Shown one piece after another: positions 1 through 11,574 of a DNA stretch of 63,792 nucleotides. The notes beneath the pieces are model-generated. The model worked only from the letters and a program-made list of their open reading frames with translations, was not told the origin of the DNA and made no database searches. Made by a program: the position numbers and the translations under genes. Source of the stretch: Fimicolochytrium jonesii (lineage: Eukaryota); the NCBI RefSeq assembly GCF_025526975.1, contig NW_026515673.1, forward strand, positions 1,054,001 through 1,117,792, read 5' to 3'. Numbering within the stretch: position 1 is the stretch's first letter; each line of letters opens with the position of its first letter.

Positions 1-2688
1 ACGTGGGAGGTGTAGGCCGTGACCTCTTTCCGTTCCCGGGCCCCGGCGCCCTGGAGCAATTTGTGCTCCTCCTCGACCTCACGGGAGGACCACACATCGA
101 CGACTTTATGTAGATCCCCCGCGGCGATGTAACACAGCACCGCGGCGAATTTCTTGTTTTCCTTGGGTCCCTGTTTGATTGCGTCGGGGGTGTTGGGGCT
201 CTGTTCCAATCTTCGGCCGAGGGCGGAGAAGAGCTGTGCCGCGTCCTCCGGTTTCGCGTACGTGCAGATCAGCGCGAGGATATCCTTCCAACCCCCCTCG
301 CGGCCGTCCAGGTGTCCGTTCTCGACGACATCTTGCAGATCGCCGTCGACAACGGATTGGAGGACGCGGACGTAGGTTTTATCTTTCTGGCGGCGGAAGT
401 ATTCCTGTTGGGTACGGAGGAGGAGATCCGGGCCGCCGGAGACGGCGAGGAGCATCGCGTCGGCGAGACGGTTGGCGCCGAGTGCGATGTCGACGGCTGT
501 CTCAAAGTCGCCGAGAATGAGGGCCTTTGTGAGGAGGATCTCGACGTCGGATTCCGGGCCTGGTTTGGTGGGGTAGAGGGAGAAGGGGTCGTGGCGGCGT
601 TCACGGGCTGGTGGGGGGGCGGGGTGCTCGGGGGCGGCTGTGTCGGGTTGGGGGATGTCGGGGAACTCGACTTGAGATGCCCCAAACAATTTGTTGAGGC
701 CGTTCAGCTGAGCGGGGTCGTTGGTAGGTACCGCACCCGCAGGCCCCTGTCCCGCAATCGACTGTTTCCGTCCCGCATCCGCTGCTCCGCCGCGTGCCTC
801 CTCCTTAGTCGTAGCAGACGCTTTCAACTTCTGCAACAACCCACTCAACCTTGGCCCACCGATATTGCTGCGGTTCAAACCGAGGTACTCAACAACCTGG
901 TCCCTCGCCCCGCTTTCGAGCATAACCTTCATAAACTTCCACATCTCGCGGTCCGCTTCATTGACGGCATCGCCTTCATCATTCGCAAGCGCTCGTCGTT
1001 CGCAAAAGATCTTGTACGACTCCATCTGATCGTCTGCGAGCACCGCTTCAAGTTCCGCGACACGGTGCGCAAAGGCGGATTCGGTTGCGACGGTTCGGAA
1101 GGACACTCCGCGGGACTGGGGGTCGAAACTGACGAGTTTGCCACCGAACCCGAAAGTGGCTCCTACGGGTCTGCGGAGCCATTTAGGCGGTTGACGCAAC
1201 GCGAACGTGGATGGAACGTACGCCTGAGGCGGGTTCAAGTTCTGCGGCGCAAACGGGTCGTCGCTGTGGACCTGATGAACAGGACTAGGAGGCAATTCCG
1301 GCTCTTCGCTTCCCGAGGACTGAAGAGAGTGCACAGAGACGGCGCCGTCGAAGCTGGAGACGGCGACGAGGTCTGGGTTCTTGGGACACCATTGCACGTC
1401 GAAGGACCAGTTGTTTGTGCGGGCGAGTTCTCCAATTAGCTCACCGGTGTTGGGGTTCCAGGCTAGTGTGGTGTTGTCTTTGCCGCAGGAGAGGAGCAGA
1501 TCGGAGTCTTTTGGGCACCAGGCCAGGGACAGGATTCCTTTGGTGTGACCGTGCATTCCCTAGTATCGCAAATCATGTGAGACCTCTGAGTCTATTGCTC
1601 TGAAAGTGCTGGACGTACCATTTGCGGTGCAGCTGCATTTCTGAGATCCCATACCAGCACCGTAGGAACGCTGTCGTCGTCCGAGGCAGTGATGAGTTGG
1701 GTGGCCTGGAATAGGAAAATGCGTGTGAGATTTGGAACTGAAACCGCAAGATACCAGAATCCCACGAGTGGTACATACCACAGACGGATTCCAAGCAACA
1801 GCAGTGATAGGTTTCCTCCCACCAGGGTGCCCCAACGTAAACAATTCCCTCTTTGTCCTGAGATCCCACAGCACGGTGTTTCCATTGTTGCTGCCAGTTC
1901 CGAGAATGTATGCGACCTGCTGGTTCCATGCGAGCGTTGTGATGTCTTCTAAACGTTGAGATCGCGTGCCGGGCGTGTAGGGGGTTTGTGGATTCGTCAA
2001 GTCCCAGATGAAGACCTCCCCATCAGTGGCACCAGAAGCGAGCAAGTTGCCCTGAACGTTATTGAAATCCAGACCGCGAACTGGTCCCTTGTGTATAGAG
2101 TGACGCATCAGAAGTGCCTTTTGCGCGTTACCCTCTGCGATGGCGGCAGGGTTCCACAAGTTCAATTCTCCGTTCTCCATTCCACTCGCCAACACCCCGA
2201 GTGGTCGGGCTGCATCACCCGGAATCGATCCCCACGCCAGTCGGTTGAACCTGATTTCGAGGAGTGAGGTATGAGATGAGGGGGCCGCGTGATGAAAATC
2301 GAATGATGGGATAGTTGAACGACACCCTGCTCGCTCAGCTCGCGACTAGGATGTTGGGCGGCCTCGCCATCCTCAAGCATTCTTGCGCCTCGGGCGCAAT
2401 TGAGGCTCGCTGTCGCTCGGGCGCTATCCGTTCGCTGAGGGTCACGCTCACGTACCTAGCAGATGTAGTAATGTTCCCGACCCTCCTCAATTTATTACTT
2501 CCGGGCGCGCCATGTTTAGAGTTCAGATTAAGATCAAAGAGCTCCAGTTCGGCTGCGGTGCTAAAAGAAGCGTCGAGGGCGCCGGCGACGGTCCCAGCGG
2601 CCAGTAAAGGCCCGCCAGTGGCACTAGCGTCTCTTTGACCGGGCGACCAAGCGAGCGTGGCGGTCCGTTCAATGTGGCGCAATCGCAT
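1..2688 (-). CDS. SEC31: COPII coat subunit Sec31 (WD40 N-terminus), multi-exon, 3' end runs off the window
   Basis: Spliced translation from ATG 2688: MRLRHIERTATLAWSP..LAAGTVAGALDASFSTAAELELFDL..RFNRLAWG..HKGPVRGLDFN..LLASGATDGEVFIWDL..GHTKGILSLAWCPKDSDLLLSCGKDN..QPPKWLRRPVGATFGFGGKLV. These are hallmark Sec31 motifs. GT-AG introns, e.g. 2455-2251. Confidence 0.96.
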
Positions 2689-3320
2689 CTTGGCTGTGAT
2701 GCGAAGTTTTAAGAGCCAGGTGGGCGAGCGCCTATGCGGTGAGAAGGCTCCTCGTTCAGCTCTCGACGGACACGCCGGTTGATACTGTACGTACGTATAG
2801 GAGAGTGGAGAGAGCGAGTGGAGGGGATATGTATGTAGTGTAGTATGCACGGTTTGGAGGGGGCCAGTTGGGAAGGTTGAAGGGAAGCCGTCGACGTGGG
2901 AACTTCGAACTTCGCAAGCGGCAGGGGGGGGGGGGGGGGGTGACTCACGGGGGGTTCTTTTACTACCAGTCGCGTTGTTCTTGTACATAAACCTGACTGC
3001 ACGCTCACGTGACGACGCAAACAACTCCCCACGACATGAGAACACTCTCCCGCCGCGCTTGCACTCCCCCCGTCCGCCGCCTTCTCTTCCTGTTTCAAGC
3101 GCCGGTAAACCCCCCCCCCCCCCCCCCAAGCGGCACGTCTTCCACCGATCCGAGCACTCCGACCATAAAGCATTGCCAAGTGATGCGCGGGACATTCCAA
3201 CGTCCTCCAAAAGCCATCTCACAATCAAGCCTACAATTGTCATCCTATCCTATGTTCATACACCCCAAACATCCCGTACGTCAAACACCGTGCACCCCCC
3301 CCCCCCCCCCTCCCTCCAAA

Positions 3321-4076
3321 TCACTTCCCCCCATAAACCTCCCTCACCCTCTCCCAACTCCTCTCAAAATGCGTCGGACACTCATACCCCTCCGGGTTAA
3401 CCGTCAGATAGTCCTGATGATAGTCCTCGGCCTTCCAGAACGTGCCGACGCGCTCGACGGTCGTCACGATGCGGTGCGCGCCAAAATGATGTTGCACGTC
3501 TTCGATCGCGTGCGTTGCGATCTGCTGCTGGGTGGGCGTGTGGTACAGGATGCACGAGCGGTACTGCGTGCCCGTGTCGCCGCCTTGGCGGTTCTTGGTC
3601 GTGGGGTCGTGCATGCGGAAACTGGACGAAAAGGGAAGGGGGGGGGGGGGGGGGGGGGCTTTTTAGTGGGGATGGGAGAGAGGGCATGGCATGGGAGGGA
3701 GGGGCGACGGACGTACAAGAAATCGACGAGTTGCTCGTATGCGATCTTCCGCGTGTCGTATTTGACCTGCAGGACTTCGGCATGGCCGGTTGACCCGGTG
3801 CACACCTGTTTGTAGGTGGGTTGTTCCGCTGACCCTAAGTGTATGTTCGTTTCTTCATCAGCGAATGGGTCGGGAGTGCCGCCCCGTGCACAAAGTTTAG
3901 CAAAACTCACCTCCGGCATACCCCACCAGCAACTCCACATCGGCGCCAAACTTCTTCTGGAAACTCTTCTCGACGCCCCAGAAGCACCCGGCGCCGAACG
4001 TGGCGAGCGCGTACGCGCCCGTGGGGTCGACCGCGAATCCCGTGCCGGTGGGTGGTTGTGATGCTGTTAGACCCAT
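3321..4076 (-). CDS. msrA: Peptide methionine sulfoxide reductase MsrA (Cys form), 3 exons
   Basis: [23 protein letters not shown] (catalytic GCFWG), [54 protein letters not shown]. Two GT-AG introns. Confidence 0.96.
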
Positions 4077-6073
4077 TTTCTTTTTGTGGTTCTCGAAAGT
4101 CCCAAGTGTGATTGGTGTTTTGTGAGGCGGGGAGAGAGCACGTTGATGTTGTTGGATTTTTCTGTGAGGATTGGGGCGTTATATACGCCGTGTGGATCTG
4201 AACCCTCTTGAGTTTACGACCTGGACCTGGACCTGCCACTCCCGACAAACGGAGGGCCAAGCCCGTTCCGCCGCTGGGTATTTATGGGCATTTGGTATAC
4301 GCAGGGAGAAGGTCGCCGGCCAGCGAATGCGGCTTTTCAGGGCATGTTCCGTCCGCGGCGGGGATCGAAAACGCGTTGTGGATTTGAGGATGGCGCAATT
4401 TCTCTGATTGCCCATTACTCAGACGGCCGTTGGAGGCTGGGCGCCTTCGTAGGACAGGCGGGGCCGATCTACTGTATACGGTGGACAGTGGACGATGCAA
4501 ACTATCTGCAAGCAGGACGGACCGTGTGCGCATTTTTCGGCGACTTGGCCCCGGACGGAACTGTTTTCGAGGAGCGCTTCGGCATTCAAGCCTGGCCACT
4601 TCAATCTTCAGAGGGCTCTTCGACGTCAAGTACACAAGTTGCCATCATGCCTGTCCGTCTGAGCGTCTTCAGCACAGCGTAACAGGCACCTCATGCTCGC
4701 AACCAGTCCCCGAAGCGAACCGGCCGGACATGGCTTTAGAGCATACACGCACTCCGAACGGCGGGAAGCCTCACAAGCCTCCCACACCAAACCGACACAC
4801 TCCCCAAGCACACACAGTGCCATTGCCACAACATACAACAGGATATGCGAAACGGAAGAGAAAAATGTGACCATGTGCCGGCCGCAGGTAGGTTGAGCAA
4901 TCTGCTCCCACGACCGCGCTAAGCTATGGTTGAAATCCCTCACAGACGGCGTCTGGCACCGACCACCCACAGAGCGAAACACAACCGACCCCCCAAAACA
5001 AACCAATGCAGCAAGCCGTGAGGCCGCGCTTCGGCTGCGAGAGGAAGGAGTGCCGCCCTCCCCGGAGAGAGGACGCTAGTTCGAGCGGCCAGCAATTTGA
5101 CTCTTTGGAACTCCCGTCTTTCTAGAAAACTTCAAGTTGGGAAGCAACATCCGGGGTTCTCGCCCAGACCTGCCTTTTATACCCCTGCGAGACGCGCCCC
5201 CGGAAACAGAAAATGGCCGGTCACGTGGTGGCACAGTCGCATGCGCCATTTGCATTTTCGACACTGTTGGTTTTCGTCCAGGAACGAACGCCTCTCAACG
5301 CACAGGCAAAACGTTCCGCGTGAGGGGAACGAGTAGGGATATCATGTTGGTCCCATTGCCCTGCCCATCGCTCTGTCACCATCCGAACATCCCCCATTGT
5401 TAATGTTCAAATTCGGTATCGGCGGGAATGTGCTATGCATTTTGCTCAGATAGAAGGAGGGGATGCGTACACGTATAGAGTAGACGCGAAGGGCCCCACT
5501 TGCGGTGTGGGTGCTGCTACAGTAGCTGTGCCCCCCCGGGAGTTGAACTGAGCGTTTCCGACAACATTCTGGCGCAGTATCGAGCGGCGGCGGGCAAGAG
5601 CCGGAGTATGTAACATTCGAGATGCAGTGGAACGTCGTATGATGTGACATCAGCGTACTGTATATCATCTCACATGCATGCTCAAAAATATTAAGCACCG
5701 GGACCGCCGGAGTAAAGCGGCCTTTGCAACAATACGCAAACGCCCCGCGGCCTCAACCAAACAGTACGATCACGTCGAGTTCATCGGCGGGTGATCGCGG
5801 GTTACTCTCTCCCTCAGATCAAGCCATGTCTTGAATCATATTCATTTACCCATCTACACCAATTATGATGAGCGCTGGCTCTAAGTACAAGATTAAAACA
5901 AACGAAAAGAAATCAAAAATGTCCCCTCACTATCCATCCCCTCCAAAAAAGACGGGGACCGAGGTGTAAGTTATATCTACATGGAATACGAATGTGGGGC
6001 CGTGCGTGTGTTGTTGGGCCGCCCGGTCGGGGTGTTGATAACGGCTCCCGAGAGTGGGTTTTGATGGAACGTA

Positions 6074-7823
6074 TCACCGCTGACGGTTGATTTCCGTCGC
6101 ATCGCTGCTCGCCTTCTCCTGCTCTTCCTTCGCTTTGTCTTCGTCGACGGCGGGTTTCCGCGAGTTGGGCGGTGTAGGATAGATCTGTGCGCGGAATAGC
6201 AGACAATAGTACGGTAAGTTTAGTCCTCGCAACGCATTAATCACCACACAAAAAAACGAGTACCAGTCCGAGTAGAAACGAAAAACCCACCTTGAAGACA
6301 GTATTCAGCGCCGCAAAGCACGCATACAAACACAACCCAATCCCCACCAAACACAATATCGTCCTCCCCCACCACTCCTCGCTCATCGTCAAGATCGCCT
6401 TGCCCGTGATGCTGTGCTGCTTATCTGCGAACTCAGCGCCGCCGGAGTTGGCGAGCGTCCGGAAGAGAAGGACCGACACGAGGAGGAAGAGGAAGCCCCG
6501 CGCGAGGAAGCCGATGTAGCCTAGGCCGTGGACTGGCGGTGCGAGAGAGTCAGTATAAGTACAGTGGTCGATATACGGAGGGATGAAGGCAAGAACTGAG
6601 GGACAGCGAATGCATACCTAACCACCTCAACCACTTCCTCTTCAACTTATCTTGATACAGCTCCCTCTTGAACGACCCCATCGCCACGACCTGCCACTGC
6701 GTCAGCGTAGCGACCAGGAAGAGGCATCCGAGGAAACCGACGCCGATCTTCCCCGCGACGCCGGACGAGGCCCAGCTGTCGGGGAAGGAGGAGCGGGTTG
6801 TCTCGGAGCCGGACTCGGTGGTGCGTTCGGAAGGGGCGGTGAGGATTGTGCGGATTACGTAGTAGTCTGAAAAGAAAAGAAAATAATACATTGGGGTTGT
6901 TAGATGTGAGGCGAGGCGCTCGGAACTCAACGACTGTATGTGCACACACCATAAGCGGCATAAACGGCCCCGCTCACAAACGGCGAAACCCGATAACGGA
7001 AAAAGTTCTTCTTCTTCGAGTACTCCGCATCCGACCCCTGGCCCGTGAACGCCTCCCACCACCGCCAAGTACAGTACAGCGCGATGCAGGCGGCGAGGGC
7101 GATCAGCAGGGGTATGCCGACGGGGTTGTCGCCGACGAGGAGGAACACGCCTTGCGGGGACGAGTCGACGTTGCCGTGACCGGCCGCGACACGGAGGAGG
7201 AGGCCGCCTAGCACGCCGTACTGTATTTCGAAGAGAGAGCGGAGTATTAGTCCGTGTGTGTCCAGCATCAACCATTCACTATCAACCCGGTCATCCACCA
7301 TGAACCGATCATCAAACGAATACCACGCTCGCTAAGATCGCGATTGCGGGTATTGCGCAAAAGAACTTTGCTTCGCTCGCGCTCGCTCGCTCCGCTCGGC
7401 GCAGTCCATACTCACAATGATAGCTTTCGCCATAAACCCAACTCGTCCCACAAACTTGACAATGCGTTTATGTTTCGGATCAATCCCGACCTCCCCATCC
7501 GGATGATGAAAGTTCTCGCTCACATACGACGCCGCCGACCCGGTCGACACCCGACGAAAATGATTCCCATCGTCACCGCTACTACTCGCACTGCTGCTGT
7601 GTCGGCTGGCTGTGTCGTTTATGCGATGTGGACTGCCGCGCTCGAGGTCGGGCCCGTGGGCGCCTGTGTGGTGGTGAGGAGAAATGCGAGGACTGCGACT
7701 GTGGTGGCTTCCGTTGGGTTGATGGGTGTGGTGGGTGCGAGAGTGGGGCTCGGTGCCAGGCGCTGAGGTGGTGACATGGAGCTCGTCTGGGTGGATGGAG
7801 TTTGGAGACATGCCCGGTGACAT
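6074..7823 (-). CDS. Multi-pass membrane protein of DUF1206 type with a disordered N-terminus, multi-exon
   Basis: Repeated GRVGFMAKAII / GYIGFLARGFLF helix-pair motifs, SPQGVF, WWGRTILCLVGIGLCLYA. Last exon IYPTPP..RQR* ends at 6074. Family recognised by eye only. Confidence 0.72.
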
Positions 7824-8521
7824 TATCGAAGGGGTTTGTGGGTGTGTATTTGCTTTAGAGGTGAGGCGTGGGGATACGGCGAGGGCGGGAGGATGCTATG
7901 TGCTGAGAAGGGACAATAGGGAGGCCAGACAAAGGTGTACGGTTTCCGTTTACGGGCCGTCGACTTTGTGCTGTTGGAGCGAAAGTACAGGAAAAGTCCC
8001 GACAGCGAGCAACAGGTATATACAGAAAAGCGAGGGAGGATGGTCCGAGTAATACGTTGCGGATATTCCCCCGTGGGATACAAGCCAAACGAGGCTTAAG
8101 AGATGGGAGAAAGGGGAACACTAATAAGAGGGAGACGAAGGACAAGTGGGGCGGCTTTATGCTTTTTTTCGTGCGAAAACCGCAGTTGTCAAAAGATCAA
8201 AGCGAAAAACGTCAGGGATCGGGGGGCGGGGCGATGGTGGGTGGCATGGGGAAGAATGGGTATTGGGGCAGCCCCCGTCACGCGCAAATATACATGTAGG
8301 GCAGCCAGCAAGCCAGACGACATGGGTGGGCGTAATACGAGATATCTCTCTCTCCCCATGTGAGCGTGGAGAAAATCCCTTCTTTTCCGTTCCTTGCCCT
8401 GTTACTTTTGCGTGTGATCTTGTGAGTGTTTGGGAGTGTGCAGCCCGCTATACGTAATCGTAATAAGGTTCGCGTGAGTGACGCGTAATGGTCGCGATGA
8501 CGTAGTGGGATCGGCTCGCCC

Positions 8522-8563
8522 CGCTGTGTGACGCCGTGCGACGCTGTGTGACGCTGTGTGACG
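8522..8563. repeat. 10-bp tandem repeat (CGCTGTGTGA) x4, one degenerate copy
   Basis: Directly visible: cgctgtgtga cgccgtgcga cgctgtgtga cgctgtgtga cg. Confidence 0.85.
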
Positions 8564-9193
8564 GACGGGCTCGGAGTCTCCTGTCGCTCCTGTCTCCCGA
8601 CGAGTCTCCTCCTCGACGGAGGTTGAGCTTCCCGCATTTCCCGCAACGGTTTTCAACGGTTTCCATACCTTCCGCAACGTTTGGCACAATCCCATGCGGT
8701 CTGGCCTCGTCTTGTCCGTTGAGCGTCTTTGGATGTCCCCAAGCGTTGCGACGGCTTCCGTCAATTTGAGGATCAAGGACGAAGAACCACCTGTGGATAG
8801 TGGTCAGATCTCTGAAAATGACAGTGAACATGACAGCCTCGCAGTAAGTAAGCGAAAACGCGTCACACTCCGACGGTCTTTCCGAAGCCCGCAGCGTCCG
8901 CAAAATCACTCCAGACTATCAACATCTTCATGGGCACCAGCTTCCTTTCATTCCACCAGAACGGCTCCTATCAGAATAAGGATGCCCGCAAAACCTGGAT
9001 CACACCAACCGCTCATGAGAATTTTGCAGAACTGATCCATCTAAGATCCTATTCTACTGCAACACCATCCAACTATGTTTGTCCTCAAGTTTGGGGCGGG
9101 CGGCAGATATTGCCCTGTCAACTTGCTCGGTCTGATATCTACAACATCGGCATTTGCGACAGATATCTACAACGTCTATTCATCACTTGGAAC

Positions 9194-11574
9194 TTATACG
9201 CCTCTCCTTCCGCCTTGTAATTGCCGGTTCTTCTTTAGGCCGCCCGCACTGTGGGATACATGAAATGGAATGCGTGCGTGAGAATGAGCGGAACCGCTGG
9301 TGAGGCAGTTAACGAGGGAGAGGAGCCACTTACAATGCTCTAACCATCGTCGTAAACGTGTTTTGCATATTCCGAATCTGCGAAAACGGACTCGAAAGAG
9401 TCAATGATGGCGATCAAACGCACTCTCAGCCACCGCCCACTCAACGCCATCCCAACCCCTCACCTCAGTAATCCAACTCTGCTGATCCAAAATATGCCCA
9501 TTCTCCAACGTCGCGAAATCCAACTGCGTCAACAAACTCATCGCCTTCGCCAACTGTCTCAACGGCGTGACGATGAACGCAAACACCAGCGCCATGGCCA
9601 CTGCGATCCCGCATGAGACGCCGACCGCAATGGCGGTGCTGCGGCGTTGGGCTAGCTCGACTGCCTGAAAGACCTGGCGGATTGGCGGGGGGTGGGTGAG
9701 CAGGGATCGAATAGTAGAGTGGGGAAAGCGATGGCGACGCTTACCGCTAGCCGTGGTGTAGCCAACACCAATACCACCCTTTCTTCCGCAAACTCCGAGA
9801 ACGAAACTCCGCCGACTAGTATAATCTGCAAACCCCAACCAGAAAACTGTTAGTATCCCCTCCCAAAGCTTATAAACTCTCCAACCCCAACCACCAAAAC
9901 TTACCCACTCCGCCCCCATCACCACCCCCTCAAACGTACTAATCTCCCCCAACGGCACATTGCTATACTCCCCAAACCGCCCCACCACAACCGCCCGAAT
10001 CTCTTCACTCAGCTCCTCGCTGGAGTTCCGCCCGCCGTAGATGTAGTCAAAGTCTTCGCGCCGGTTGGAGCTTGCCATGAGTGTCATGTTGCGGTCGCTG
10101 TTCAAGAGGAGGACGGCTGGCGGGGGGAAGTGGAGGAATAGAAACGATGGTCAACATCGGCTGTGGGATGAGGAAAGGGGGACGGGACGGGAGGACGTAC
10201 TTGTCGACGTATTATTCTCCGCCGCCTCAACCAACAACTTGTTCCATGTAGCGTCAATGACAATCGTGGCTCCACACACATACGGCATCGGTGGATCGGT
10301 CAAGCTGTCGAACACCTGCGAGATGCTGGCGAGACGGAGGCCCTGGTTGCTTATCGTTGCTGGAATGTGATAACAGTCAGTTTATTCATAAACAGTGTGA
10401 AGGGGCGGGGGGCAGGTCACACGTACTCCCGAAAAACATGCTTCGACGCGGAACGGGTTTGAGCAGTTCGCGCACGGCGAGACTGTACGTCATATCCCAC
10501 ATCTTCTTGTACACCTGCGGCTCTGAGCTCCGAAGCTCAACAGCTGTGAATGAATTGTCAAATTACTTTGTGACTTCTGCCGCATTGCATTCCAGAAAAA
10601 CCTACTCTTCTGATCAAGCGCATACTGTCTCGCCGCCCCTGGATCGCTGAAATCCTCGATCCCCAACGCGGCGTCGGTTGTAGGCGGGAGGAAGGAGCGT
10701 GAGGCGGTGAGGTAGGTGAGGTTGACGGTGCTGAATGTCACAGGTGGCGAGTCTCTATAAAAACAGTCAGTTTGATCTGACTGAGGGAAGGAAATAAGAG
10801 AAGGGTTGTGCAATTACCCGGTATTGGGAGCGAATTTCGCAGTATAGCATTGTACCCCGTCTATTCAAGTCACAATGGATGGTTAGGCTTAGGTGTATAT
10901 CACCTCGGAGGTGTCCGTCCGTCGTGGCTTTTCTTTACCTAACCCCAGTCTCTTCATCGTCGTCGCGAGTAACTGCCACGTCGGCTTCTCCGCGATTAGG
11001 TTGTACTGATCTGGAAGAATGCGTTAGCATCGGCACGCATACATGGGGCGTGATCGTGGTAGCAGGGCACATACTCGTCATTGCGATCCCGGTGGCGGGG
11101 AGGGAACCGACGATTGAGACGGCGTGCCGGTTCGAGTCGAGGGATCTGGCCACACGGGACTGAGTCTGAACTCCGATGACATTTAGAGATCATATGAGGG
11201 AGCGGGGAGAAACACATAAGATGTTACTCACGCTCCGCATTAATGAGGTGAAATAGGCGCTGGATAGGTCGGTGGTGACTACTCTTGCCATGTTCAAAAG
11301 AACCATACATACCTAAGTACGCGACGTTAGAATGTGTGAATAGCGCCGGAGGCATCGGTTATGCGAGGATAACTATACTCACGGGTGTGACGACCAACGT
11401 TAAAGCGAGGACAATCAGGAGAGGAGCTAGGACCATCAAGGGGATCTTTGGACGTGGGTATTTGGCGGGGGTTGAGGGTTTGGATTGGAGGGCGGCAGCG
11501 AGGTCCGAGATCGTCACATCCGCTTCGCTCTCCACTGACTGTGACTGTCGATCTGGGGGTTCGGTGTTGAGCAT
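9194..11574 (-). CDS. TM - Cache-like extracellular domain - TM - HAMP receptor-like protein with no catalytic output domain, many exons
   Basis: Exons join in frame across GT-AG introns: TM1 IPLMVLAPLLIVLALTLVVTP|VCMVLL; Cache-like end VVLVLATPRLA|VFQAV; TM2 AIAVGVSCGIAVAMALVFAFIV; HAMP TPLRQLAKAMSLLTQLDF..E|IRNMQNTFTTMVRAF; tail AGGLKKNRQLQGGRRGV* with stop at 9194. Confidence 0.8.

Noticed and set aside
312..1439. 375-aa + strand ORF
   Set aside because: Antisense shadow of the SEC31 exon. Similar shadows occur over the ABC, aminopeptidase and pol genes.
3975..3995. Selenocysteine MsrA, known in some basal fungi
   Set aside because: The catalytic codon is TGC (Cys), not TGA.
8452..9190. 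ACGTAATC resembling a Fot1/pogo TIR start, with a possible transposase remnant
   Set aside because: No proper TA target, no matching second TIR, no convincing DDE motifs.
11300..11390. Apparent premature stop in the HAMP-protein gene
   Set aside because: It falls in an intron (GTGAGT..CTAAC..TAG); splicing restores the frame.
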